A stretch of 64,000 bases of DNA from Longimicrobiales bacterium (GTDB lineage Bacteria > Gemmatimonadota > Gemmatimonadetes > Longimicrobiales > Gaopeijiaceae): positions 896,001-960,000 of the forward strand of contig CBDCNQ010000005.1 of assembly GCA_965219445.1 (NCBI GenBank). Direction: 5' to 3'. Positions 18,323-28,170 of this stretch are shown one piece after another (the stretch's first letter is position 1; every line of letters begins with the position of its first letter). The notes beneath the pieces are model-generated. The model had not been told where the DNA came from. It saw nothing but the letters and a program-made list of their open reading frames with translations, and ran no database searches. A program made the position numbers and the translations under genes.

Positions 18323-20222
18323 GTGGGCCCGGCATGGGCGATGACTTGGAGGTGAAAGTCCTCCCGGAACCTGGTCGCAGGGACCGAAGGGAAGCGCAAG
18401 GCGTTCGTCGTGAGGCGTACGCTGAACGAAGCGTGAAACGAACCCGTGAGTCGACGAACAGGAACCGGATACGAGGCGCTGCGGACCGGGGCGAGCGGAC
18501 CACTGACCGCGAAGCTCCTGCGACCAAGGGGAAGCGGCGTAGATCCGGCGATTGTGCGGGGAAGGTCATCGTTCTTACCCGGGGAGGTCTCGCCTGACGC
18601 CTGAAAGGGTGACGCCGGCACTGCGCTGTTGGGCCTGCCGGCGGAGCGAGAAGTCAGCAGAGGCCATAGTAGGCCGACGAAGTGCATGATGCGCTTGGAC
18701 CCAGCTTTGTCGGACGAAGGGCCGAACGGAGAGGAGAGCGTGACGACCGTGGACCTCGGCAAGGCCATGCGCCAGGAGTCCAGGCAACTGGGGCTCCCAC
18801 TGGAGGATAGGGGTGAAGCCCCGAAGGTAGAGGGGAGTGGCGAAGCCGGAACGGTGGCCCATGGAGACGAGCGCTCAGGAAGCGAGCATCTCCTGATGCA
18901 GGAGGTGGTCGGGCGTGCCAACCTCGTAGGAGCGTTGAAACGCGTGCGGCAGAATAAGGGCAGTCCGGGCATCGACGGGATGAACGTGGAGGAGCTGCCA
19001 GAGTACTTGCGCAGGCACTGGGGGGAGATCCGACAGCGGTTGCTGGCGGGGACCTACCAACCGAAGCCGGTACGAAGGCAGGAGATACCGAAGAGTGGGG
19101 GAGGGGTCCGGGAGTTGGGGATTCCGACCGTGCTGGACCGGTTCATCCAACAAGCCATCCTGCAGGTGATGCAACCGAGGTTCGACCCGACGTTCAGTCG
19201 GCACAGCCACGGCTTCCGGCCTGGGCGCCGAGCGCACGATGCGGTGCGCGAAGCGCAGCACTACATCCAGGAGGGGAGACGATGGGTGGTGGATGTGGAC
19301 CTGGAGAAGTTTTTCGACCGGGTGAACCACGACGTGCTGATGGGGCGGCTGGCAAAGCGGATCGAGGATAAGGCGATGCTGCGGATCCTCCGTCGCTACC
19401 TACAGGCCGGAGTCATGGCGAACGGGGTGGTGATGGAGCGGCACATGGGGACGCCTCAGGGCGGACCGTTGTCGCCGTTGCTGGCGAACGTGCTCCTGGA
19501 CGAAGTGGACCAGGAGTTGGAGCTACGCGGACACGCGTTTGTCCGGTACGCCGATGACTGCAATGTATACGTGCGGTCGAGGCGGGCAGGACAACGTGTG
19601 ATGCAGGCGCTGAGGCACCTGTACGGGAAACTTCGGCTTCAGGTCAACGAGGAAAAGAGCGCGGTGGCGCGAGTGTGGGATCGACAGTTCCTGGGCTACA
19701 GCTTCTGGGTAGCGGCAGGGAAGGTCGTGAAGCGCCGGGTCAGCAAGAAGGCCCTGACGAAGTTCAAAGAGCGAGTCCGGCAGATTACAAGCCGGAGCGG
19801 CGGGCGGAGCCTGCAACAGGTGGCGGAAGAGCTACGGCGCTACGTGCTGGGGTGGAAGGCATACTTCGGCTTAGCGGACACACCGGGGGTTTTCCGAGAC
19901 CTGGACCAATGGATCCACCGCCGGCTGCGTACATTGCAATTACGCCAGTGGAAACGAGGAAGGACAGCGTACCGGGAGTTGAGGGCTCGCGGTGTGAGCG
20001 AGAACCTCGCCTGGCGAGCTGCTCGGTTCGCGCGAAGCTGGTGGCACGTGGCTGCGCACCACGCCCTGCACACGGCCTTGCCGGGGGCGTACTTCGACGA
20101 GCTGGGTGTGCCCCGGCTCACGCCGTACTGACCTCAACTCACCGAACCGCCAGGTGCGGACCCGCATGCCTGGTGGTGTGGGAGGGGAAGGACCGGGATC
20201 GCCGGTCCTCCCCTATCCCGAT
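18323..20222 (+). mobile_element. Group IIC intron
   Basis: 5' GTGGGCCCGGCATGGG; domain V/VI GAACCGCCAGGTGCGGACCCGCATGCCTGGTGGTGTGGGAGGGG...CCCTATCCCGAT; inserted just after a terminator hairpin. Confidence 0.9.
18629..20131 (+). CDS. ltrA: Group II intron reverse transcriptase/maturase, no endonuclease domain (true start probably 18686-18767)
   Basis: RELGIPTVLDR, GTPQGGPLSPLL, YADD, FLGYSF, domain X. Confidence 0.93.
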   Translation: MGLPAEREVSRGHSRPTKCMMRLDPALSDEGPNGEESVTTVDLGKAMRQESRQLGLPLEDRGEAPKVEGSGEAGTVAHGDERSGSEHLLMQEVVGRANLVGALKRVRQNKGSPGIDGMNVEELPEYLRRHWGEIRQRLLAGTYQPKPVRRQEIPKSGGGVRELGIPTVLDRFIQQAILQVMQPRFDPTFSRHSHGFRPGRRAHDAVREAQHYIQEGRRWVVDVDLEKFFDRVNHDVLMGRLAKRIEDKAMLRILRRYLQAGVMANGVVMERHMGTPQGGPLSPLLANVLLDEVDQELELRGHAFVRYADDCNVYVRSRRAGQRVMQALRHLYGKLRLQVNEEKSAVARVWDRQFLGYSFWVAAGKVVKRRVSKKALTKFKERVRQITSRSGGRSLQQVAEELRRYVLGWKAYFGLADTPGVFRDLDQWIHRRLRTLQLRQWKRGRTAYRELRARGVSENLAWRAARFARSWWHVAAHHALHTALPGAYFDELGVPRLTPY

Positions 20223-20252
20223 TCTGGGAGTTTGTGGCGAAAAGGTGGCTTT

Positions 20253-20280
20253 GGTACCCCAAGTCGGACCCCAAAAACTC
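20253..20280 (+). repeat. Family B right-arm tandem 12-mer
   Basis: GGTACCCCAAGTCGGACCCCAAA resembles GGGACCCCAACTGGGACCCCAAA. Confidence 0.65.
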
Positions 20281-20725
20281 GGGTTGCCTGACGGGAACTC
20301 AGCAACGCATTGGACAATCTGAAGGTGACCGAGCGGTTCAGCCGGGTCGACGAGGAGACCATCCTGCGCGGCGCGCGTTATCAGGAGAGAATCGAAGCGC
20401 AGGGATTCCGCCGCTGACCCTTCATTCACCCCCGGCTTACTTCCGGAGCGCCTCTGGTGGCGTATATGCTGTGGCCATAAAGTTCAGGCAGCCGGAGCTC
20501 AGCGACGGGGCAGCGTCGCTTGAGCATCCACCGGGCGCACGGGATGAAGAATTCGGTCTGACCTCGCATGCCGAGGGGTCGAATGAGGGGAGGGAATGAG
20601 ATGAAGCGCTTCGTTGTCCCCGTTGGTCCACCTACGCACGCTCGCCCGCGCCGCTGTTCCCAGGCCCGCTAGCGAGCGAAGTCCCGCCAGCCCCTCCGAT
20701 CACTTTCGAAAAAAGGAGACCCAAC

Positions 20726-23500
20726 ATGAAGTACCCTCGTATGGAACGCAGTAGACGGTTCGGCCTTTGCGGGCTTGTGGTACTGGCTGTGGCAGTCCTC
20801 TCGGCGGCGCCGGCCACAGCTCAGGAGGGCTCGATCACCGGCCGCGTCACCGACGCCGCCGATAACGAGTCACTCCTCGGCGCACAGGTGTTCGTGGTCG
20901 GCACCGCACGGGGAGCTCTGACCAACGCCAACGGGGGCTACACCCTCCGGCTTCCCCCCGGGACGTACACGGTTCGCGCGCAGTTTATCGGGTACGAATC
21001 CTCCGAGCAGACCGTCACCATCACGGCGGGCGCAACCCAGCCGCTCGACTTCCCGCTCCAGGTTGGCGGGCTACTCCTTGACGCGATCGTGGTCACTGGT
21101 GCGCGGACTCAACGTTCGGCAGTCGAGACCACGGTGCCAGTGGACGTGGTCACCGCGGCCGAGATCGCACAGTCGCCCCACACCGAGTTGAACCAGGTGA
21201 TCCGGGATATCATCCCGTCCTTCAACGCTTCTCACCAGACGATCTCGGACGGGTCCGATCATGTGAACCCGGCCAGCCTCCGGGGTCTTGGACCCGACCA
21301 GGTCCTCGTCTTGATCAACGGGAAGCGCCGTCATCACAGCGCGCTCACGCACGTGAACGGGACGTTCGGTCGCGGTACCGTCGGTGTCGACTTGAACGCG
21401 ATCCCGACAGCGGCGGTCGAGCGGATCGAGGTGCTGAGAGATGGCGCCGCGGCGCAGTATGGTTCGGACGCCATCGCGGGTGTCGTCAACATCATTCTCA
21501 GGAGTCAGACCGACGCGTTGATCGGCAACGTTCAGACAGGCGTGACGGGCGAGGGCGACGGCGAGCAGGTGAACGCCGACGCCAACTTCGGCTTCGACGT
21601 CGGCGAGAGCGGCTTTTTCAACGTCACCGGCGAATACCTGAACCGTCAGTCGACGAATCGCTCGGATCCGTATCAAGGTGCCCTCTTCTTCACCGACAGG
21701 ACCGCGGACGATGCGGAGATCGCCGCGCGCGGGCTGACCCGCGAGGGACTGAGCATGAGGACGGGACAGGGCGAAGCGATTTTCGGAAGCGCCTTCTTCA
21801 ATGGCGCGTTCAACCTCTCCGGCGACGCCGAGCTCTATACCTTCGGTGGTATCACACACCGCAACGGTATCGCGACCGGATTCTATCGACGGCCGATCCA
21901 GGAGGAACGGGTCGTCTTCTCCCTCTACCCGAACGGCTTCCTTCCCGAGATCCACACGCAAGTGGGTGACCGAGCCATCACAGTGGGCCTGCGCGGTAGG
22001 AAGGCCGCGTGGGACTTCGATCTGAGCGTGGCCAGTGGCCGCAACACGTTCCAGTACAATATCGAGAATACGAACAACGCCTCGGTGGGAGATGCCAGTC
22101 CCATCTCCTTCGACGCAGGTAAGCTGTCGTACCGGGAGACCACTGGAAACTTAGACGCGGTCCGGCTCATCGACACGGGTGGGACGCTGAGGTCCCTGTC
22201 GCTGGTGCTCGGCGGAGAGTTCCGTGTCGAGAACTTTGAGATCGGGGCGGGGCAGTTCGAGTCGTACAGCCTCGGGAACGGCGGGTCCGTTCCGGGGGTC
22301 GACTTCGACACGATCTCGACGGGAGAGCCCAAGGCAGCGGGTTCGCAGGTGTTCCCCGGCTTCCAGCCCTCCAACGAGGTGAATCGTAATCGAAACAGCA
22401 TCGCGGCGTACGGAGGGCTCGAGGCGCAGGTGTCCGACCGGTTCATGGTCGACGTGGGCGGGCGCTTCGAGAACTACAGTGACTTCGGAAACACCTTCAA
22501 CGGGAAGGTGGCGGCCCGCTTCGAGGTCGCCGAGGACTTCGCGCTGCGGGCAGCGGTCAGCAACGGATTCAGGGCACCGTCGCTCAACCAGCTCTGGTTC
22601 AACAACGTGAGCACGCAGTTCGTCATCGATCCGGTAACGAGCGAGCTCGTGCCTGCGCGGGTTCTCACCGGGAGCAACAAGGATCCGGTAACCAAAGCCT
22701 TCGGCGTGCCGGATCTCAAGGAAGAGACGTCGATCAACGTTTCAGGTGGCTTCACCTGGCGACCGATGAACAACCTCTCCATCACCAGCGACCTGTACTA
22801 CATCGATATCGACGACCGGATCGTGCTCTCGAGCCGATTCAGCACGTCGGATGCCACCATTGGAGGCGACGTGGCGGGCATTCTAGCGCCGTTCGCGTCG
22901 CTTGGCGTCTCGCAGGCGCAGTTCTTCGTGAACGCGGTCGACACCGAGACGAAGGGCGTGGACGTGGTCATCAACTATTTGACGCAGTTGATGGACGGCT
23001 CGCTCAACCTTACCGGTTCGGCAAACTTCACCAAGACGGAGGTGAAGTCGATCAACGTACCGCAGTCGATCGCAGACAGGTTCACGATGGGGAGCACCGA
23101 TGCGATCGCGGACGTCCTCTTCAACCGCGAGGAGTTCAACCGGCTCGAGACGGCGCTTCCACGCCAGGCGGGCTCGGTGTCCGCCCGTTGGACGCGCGGC
23201 AGGGTCAACGTCGGGCTCAGTGGGAATTACTACGGCAAGATATTCTACCGGCCGACCAACACCGCCAACGACGAGGAGTTCGGAGCCAAGGTCCTGTTCG
23301 ACGCGAACGCAGGCTACGAGGTCACCAACGGTGTCACGCTCCAGGTCGGCGCCAACAACATCTTCAACACGTTCCCCGACAAACACCAGAAGGACGCGAA
23401 CATCAGCAGCGGGAACTTCCCGTACAGCCGACGAGTCACGCAGTACGGAATGAACGGCGGCTACTACTACGCGCAGCTCCGAGTCTTTTTGGGGAGCTGA
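20726..23500 (+). CDS. TonB-dependent receptor
   Basis: Signal peptide, CarboxypepD-like domain, SLRGLGPDQVLVLINGKRRH, IEVLRDGAAAQYGSDAIAGV, C-terminal barrel. Confidence 0.92.
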   Translation: MKYPRMERSRRFGLCGLVVLAVAVLSAAPATAQEGSITGRVTDAADNESLLGAQVFVVGTARGALTNANGGYTLRLPPGTYTVRAQFIGYESSEQTVTITAGATQPLDFPLQVGGLLLDAIVVTGARTQRSAVETTVPVDVVTAAEIAQSPHTELNQVIRDIIPSFNASHQTISDGSDHVNPASLRGLGPDQVLVLINGKRRHHSALTHVNGTFGRGTVGVDLNAIPTAAVERIEVLRDGAAAQYGSDAIAGVVNIILRSQTDALIGNVQTGVTGEGDGEQVNADANFGFDVGESGFFNVTGEYLNRQSTNRSDPYQGALFFTDRTADDAEIAARGLTREGLSMRTGQGEAIFGSAFFNGAFNLSGDAELYTFGGITHRNGIATGFYRRPIQEERVVFSLYPNGFLPEIHTQVGDRAITVGLRGRKAAWDFDLSVASGRNTFQYNIENTNNASVGDASPISFDAGKLSYRETTGNLDAVRLIDTGGTLRSLSLVLGGEFRVENFEIGAGQFESYSLGNGGSVPGVDFDTISTGEPKAAGSQVFPGFQPSNEVNRNRNSIAAYGGLEAQVSDRFMVDVGGRFENYSDFGNTFNGKVAARFEVAEDFALRAAVSNGFRAPSLNQLWFNNVSTQFVIDPVTSELVPARVLTGSNKDPVTKAFGVPDLKEETSINVSGGFTWRPMNNLSITSDLYYIDIDDRIVLSSRFSTSDATIGGDVAGILAPFASLGVSQAQFFVNAVDTETKGVDVVINYLTQLMDGSLNLTGSANFTKTEVKSINVPQSIADRFTMGSTDAIADVLFNREEFNRLETALPRQAGSVSARWTRGRVNVGLSGNYYGKIFYRPTNTANDEEFGAKVLFDANAGYEVTNGVTLQVGANNIFNTFPDKHQKDANISSGNFPYSRRVTQYGMNGGYYYAQLRVFLGS

Positions 23501-23682
23501 CGGCCTGACGGCGCCACCGACCCGTCCGGCTACCAACCGGGCCGGCCGGTCCGGTGAGATGAGGGGGTTGTGCCCTCGGGGTCCTGGAGACCCCGGGGGC
23601 ACCTGCCCGGTATGCAGGAAGAGTCGGCGGCGTGCTAGGGGCACAATCAGGATGAGCCTACCGCGTCCCAGAGCCCGTTCTC

Positions 23683-23745
23683 ACGTGGAAGGGGAGACGC
23701 TCCGGGAGAAGCTAAACCGAGAGCATCAGCTTCCTGTGGACGAGG
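23683..23745 (+). pseudogene. Ser/Thr protein kinase internal fragment
   Basis: HVEGETLREKLNREHQLPVDE, typical of the subdomain V region of bacterial Hanks kinases. Confidence 0.55.
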
Positions 23746-24697
23746 GATCTATTGCCCGCTGAAACTGTGTAAACGCGGTTTGGAGGGTTGCCGGGGTGCG
23801 CTGGTTCCAGAAGTAGCGACCCCGCAAATAGGCCTCATGCGCTTCGGTACTCTCCGTCGCCTCGGTTACGAGTCGCCTCTGCTGGTCCCCCGAGAGCGTG
23901 ACCTGAAGCTGATCTGCGATGGCCGTCGCGATCTCCCGCTGGATCGCGAAGATGTCGTCTAACTCACGCTGGAACGTGTTCGACCACAGTTGTGCGTCGC
24001 TCCGGGCCTCTACGAGTCGGGCCGTGATCACCACTGTTTCGCCGGATCGACGGACGCTTCCTTCTAAAATGTGTGCGACCCCAAGCGTATCCGCGATCTG
24101 CTGATTCCTGAGGTTCTGACCCTTGAAGGCAAACGACGACGTGCGACCCGGAACCCGGAGGTCGGGGATCTGCGCGAGAGCGTTGAGCAGCTCCTCGGTA
24201 ATTCCATCCGAGAAGTACTCGTTGTCTGGATCACCGCTCATGTTGTCGAAGGGAAGGACCGCGACCGACTGCTCGATGTTTGGTGAGTCACCCGTGTCTG
24301 ACCCGCCTCCGAGCCCTCCGCCGAACAAAATCCACCCGGTTCCGACAAACCCAAGCAGCGCGAATGCCAGCACGCCACCCCCGAAAGCGTTGCGCCAGGT
24401 GAAAAGACTCGCGCCAGGGGGAGCATCAGCAGTGCGGGTGGCTACATCTTTCGCTTGATGACCCGGTCTGCCTTCCTGAACGAACGCAGTGGCGAGAACG
24501 ATGGGTAGGCCGATGATGAGGAGCGCCAACGCAAACGACGGAAACCAGTCCGGCAGATTGAGCGCACCACCCAACGTGTCCACGACCTGGAGCACCGCCC
24601 AAGACGCGACGAGATAGATCCCCAGCACCTGCCACAGAGACCTCCGGTGGATCTCGCGGATGAAGCGCCTGAGAGGACCTTCAGATGGGCTGACCAT
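23726..24697 (-). pseudogene. Membrane-anchored TolB-like/TPR protein, C-terminally truncated
   Basis: RRSLWQVLGIYL transmembrane region; SVAVLPFDNMSGDPDNEYFSDGITEELL; ends in the first TPR. Confidence 0.75.
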
Positions 24698-25268
24698 GAT
24701 CCGCACAACATGCGTCTAAGGAGTGCGAGGGGGCAAGGATCTCAGCGAATCTAGAGCAACACGAGTGGCAGGGCTGGCGTTGTATGGCGGTGATGCGGAG
24801 AAGGATTAGTTGCCCACCTCCGGCTACGATGCGGTCGATCTCGGCTCTGAAGCTGGGGGCGTACATCTGTCGTACTTCAGTCCACACGGCCCTAAACGCC
24901 GGAAACTCCAACCCGAATCGCCAAGCGTTGACTCGTGCATCGTACTCTTCGCCAGTGAACAGGCCGCGTTCAAACTGGTAGTGGGAGTTTTCATATTCCC
25001 GGAGAAGTCCCTCTACGAACCACGCCCACACCCTCTGATCTACTGGGTCGAGTTCGCCGGGTGCTGTTTCGGCCGTCGTAACCACTTCTGCGAGGTCACG
25101 GTTAGTAGCGAGCCACTCGATGAACATCATCTGCTTCTCAGTAATTGAGTCCCGAGTTTGGGCCTCAACGGCCTCGGTGTTCTGCTGAAGTTCAAGCCCC
25201 AAGAAGACGATTCCAGCGACCACAGACAGATTTGCGATGAGCGCCAACCGCTCATTGAGCTTGTTCAT
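24681..25268 (-). CDS. Hypothetical protein (N-terminal TM helix, helical domain); 3' extension uncertain
   Basis: ANLSVVAGIVFLGLELQQN...ENSHYQFERGL. Confidence 0.55.
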   Translation of the reverse strand: MNKLNERLALIANLSVVAGIVFLGLELQQNTEAVEAQTRDSITEKQMMFIEWLATNRDLAEVVTTAETAPGELDPVDQRVWAWFVEGLLREYENSHYQFERGLFTGEEYDARVNAWRFGLEFPAFRAVWTEVRQMYAPSFRAEIDRIVAGGGQLILLRITAIQRQPCHSCCSRFAEILAPSHSLDACCADHGQPI

Positions 25269-25494
25269 GGGCAGAGCCTCCGGTTGGGTGAAAGAGGGCT
25301 AGACGCACCGAGCCCAATGTACAGCACCACTCTTGGCCCCGTCACGGAGGCTCAGGTGGAGGCCACCCTGCCGAACCGATCTTCCTAGTGGGAATCGTCC
25401 TTCGAGTAACGTTCTCTGAACATTCTCAAGAAATTCTTGCGTACTTCTGAGCAGGAGTCACACGTCTATATGCGAAGGCCCGCCTTGGGGGGAA

Positions 25495-25781
25495 GTGGCC
25501 ACTACGCGAACAACCGGTCTGAAGTATCGCATCCGCCTACGCGACAACGAGAGCGGCAGATGCGACGCTTCAAGTCGGCGGGTCAAGCACAGCGATTTCT
25601 GTCAGTCCACGGCGTCATCCAGAATTTGTTCAACCTCGGGCGCCATCATCTCCGTTCAGAAAACTACCGACTGCTACGGGCTCGCTCTTTCAAAGATTGG
25701 AGTGCGGCTACGGCGGCCTGAGCAAATTCCGGCCGATCCCCTACCTGGACTTCACTCTGGCCACATCAAGTTGACAATGCC
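25495..25781 (+). mobile_element. IS6-family right-end remnant (transposase C-terminus + IR)
   Basis: YANNRSEVSHPPTRQRERQMRRFKS; IR CAAGTTGACAATGCC at 25767-25781. Confidence 0.85.
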
Positions 25782-25900
25782 CCTCGAGGAGCTGCACGAT
25801 GTTGCGAGCTACATACATAGCGATATGGATCAGAGAGCTGCAGCGGCACGGGCAGCGGCGAAGTAGGTCTCTATAACATGAACAGGTAAGCGAGGTTTCG

Positions 25901-26988
25901 ATGATGCACACAAGAATGAGTTGGGGCCTGCTGCCGCTGCTGGTTGTAGCATTGACTGTCTGCGCGGCGCCGGCGACCGAGCAGAACGACTACAGCAACC
26001 CCGAACATGACGCCGACCAACAACCTGCCGAATCCCTTCTCGGAGAGGCAGCTCATGGCGCTGCCCGACGGCCGCACCTGGGGGTTCCACGGCCGGCGCC
26101 GACGCCGCCAAGGGCCGAGACGACATCTGGGCTATCGACCGATGCGGGAGCAATGGCTGTGTGGACTCCGACCTCGATCCCCTCATGCACTACGACGCAA
26201 ACGGGAACCTGATTGGCCGTATGGGGGCCAACTTGTTTGCGTTTCCACACGGTATCCACGTGGACCAGCAGGGCAACGTGTGGGTGACCGACCCGCTGCC
26301 GCCCGACGGCCGCGGTGCGGGCGGCGACGTTGGACAGCAGGTCACGAAGCTCAGCCCGAGCGGTGAGATCCTGCTGCAGCTCGGCACGCTCAAAGTGACC
26401 GGGAACGGCCCCAACCAGTTCAGCTCCCCGTCCGACGTCGTCGTAGGGAGTAACGGCGACATCTTCGTTGCCGATGGTCATGGCGAGGGCACGAACGAGC
26501 GCATCATGAAGTTCGACAGAAACGGGAACTTCATCTTAGAGTGGGGCAAGCCGGGCAACGGCCCATGCGGAACGGGTGAGTTCTCGAGCCTCCACGCGAT
26601 AGACATCGATTCACAAGGCCGGCTGTTCATTGGCGATCGCGATAACAACCGCATTCAGATCTACGACCAGGACGGCAACTATCTAGATTGCTGGTACCAG
26701 TTCAGCCGCCCCAGTGGGATTTTCATCGACGCCGAAGACAACCTGTTCGTCGCGGACTCCGAGTCGAGGGACGGCGCCGACAATGGCATGGACCTGGCTC
26801 ACGCCGGATGGGAGCGCGGAATCCGGATCGGCAGCGCTCGCGACGGCGTCGTGAGTTCTTTCATTCCGGATCCTGACCCCCGGGGCGGCAGCAGCGCAGC
26901 CGAGGGCGTCACAGCGATCAACGGTGGGGCGGTCGTCTACGGCGCCGAGGTGGGTCCGAGAGCCTTCGTCCGCTACGACAGAAGGTAG
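25901..26988 (+). pseudogene. NHL-repeat (PAL-like) secreted protein, two +1 frameshifts
   Basis: PHGIHVD, PSDV, IFVADG, DRDNNRIQ; N-terminus restored by removing one C near 26000 and one G near 26082. Confidence 0.8.
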
Positions 26989-27001
26989 GATCCAGCCGAA
27001 A

Positions 27002-27134
27002 GGCGTTGTCAACTTGTGCTCGTGCCAGCGAGACTCCGGAATCATAACGCATACGAATGGCTACCGCGGCTACTGTTTTCCTCCGGAGATCATCAGTCAC
27101 GGCGTCTGGCTGTACCACAGGTTCTGCCTGTCTT
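27002..27134 (+). mobile_element. IS6-family left-end remnant (IR + transposase N-terminus)
   Basis: IR GGCGTTGTCAACTTG; YRGYCFPPEIISHGVWLYHRFCLS. Confidence 0.85.
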
Positions 27135-27271
27135 GGTACCCTGACTGAGACCCCAAACTCCCCGAAACTGGTCGAATCTAGCGAGCACTCGGGGGAACAA
27201 CCGACCCTCTAACGCCCTAACTCGCCACGAGTTAAACGACCTCACAGGCACTATGCGTATATGCTGCTATC
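27135..27271 (+). repeat. Family B arm, copy 2 (stops just before the tRNA core)
   Basis: Colinear with 18096-18232: ACCCCAAACTCCC.GAAACTGGTCGAATCT...GCGTATATG.TGCTATC. Confidence 0.85.
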
Positions 27272-27495
27272 CTGGGGACACCGCCCATCGGACAGCTCGG
27301 TCAGAGTATCGTGACCGGCGAAGGGCCCGCAAGCCGCGCGGATTTGGCTCCATCCCGGCCTACTTGGCTGTTGAGATCCTGAATCTGACTGACGGTGGCG
27401 GAGAAACGAACCCCGAAATACGTTGAGAACGGTCGAGGTCGACCCCCGAGGTGAGGTGCAGGCTCCCGCACTGATTCTCTCGAAGGAGGTTCGCA

Positions 27496-28056
27496 ATGTT
27501 CGCTCTGTCCGGTCGTACTTTACTCTACTTGCTGCTGTGCATCTTAGTGATGCCATTTTCCCTCGTTTTTGCCCGGTTGGCTGACGCACGAGCAAATGAG
27601 CTGGCCGCCGGTGGAGCGCAGCAGGATCTTCCTTGCCCTGGGGGCCCGTTGCAGAACTTTGTCACGGGGACGAGCGAATCGGGGGTTCCCTCGCCGGAAG
27701 CAGTAGCCAATGGTGAGCCCCTCACTGGCCGTTATTGGGGTCCGGGCTCCCGCTCCTTCTGGCACTGCCACGGTGGAGGCCAATACATCATCGTGATGCA
27801 AGGAGTGGGGCGCTTTCAGCAGCGCGGACAAAGAATGCGGGAGCTCCATGTCGGTGGCATCGAATTCGCGCTTCCAGGGGTGGAGCACTGGCATGGTGCC
27901 TCGCCTACGGAAGGGGCTCGACACATCAACCAGGGCCTGCGGATCGACGGGGGAAGCGGCACCTTCTGGATGGAGGAGGTCAGCTCGGCCGATTATTTGG
28001 GAAATGGAATCGGGATTATGTCCAGAATGAGATACCTGGAAACTGGAGAACGCTAA
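27496..28056 (+). CDS. Cupin-domain protein
   Basis: PGSRSFWHCHGGGQ, PGVEHWHGASP; AAGGAGG RBS. Confidence 0.8.
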   Translation: MFALSGRTLLYLLLCILVMPFSLVFARLADARANELAAGGAQQDLPCPGGPLQNFVTGTSESGVPSPEAVANGEPLTGRYWGPGSRSFWHCHGGGQYIIVMQGVGRFQQRGQRMRELHVGGIEFALPGVEHWHGASPTEGARHINQGLRIDGGSGTFWMEEVSSADYLGNGIGIMSRMRYLETGER

Positions 28057-28095
28057 AATAGAGGTGAGTCAGCTCCGGGTCTCGGAGCCCGGCCG

Positions 28096-28170
28096 GGGGA
28101 CCCAACCGGGACCCCAAACTCCCCGAAACTGGCAGAATCTCAGCAACACTGGAGAGCACCGCCGACCCCT
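28096..28170 (+). repeat. Family B arm, copy 3 (partial)
   Basis: GGGACCCAACCGGGACCCCAAACTCCCCGAAACTGGCAGAATCT...CCGACCCCT. Confidence 0.75.

Noticed and set aside
18629..20131. Retron, DGR or defence reverse transcriptase
   Set aside because: The ORF is flanked by canonical group IIC intron 5' and domain V/VI sequences and has a maturase domain.
20375..20420. Glycine riboswitch (GGAGAGA...CGCCG)
   Set aside because: Lacks the following GAAGG/GCAA and CTCTCAGG elements.
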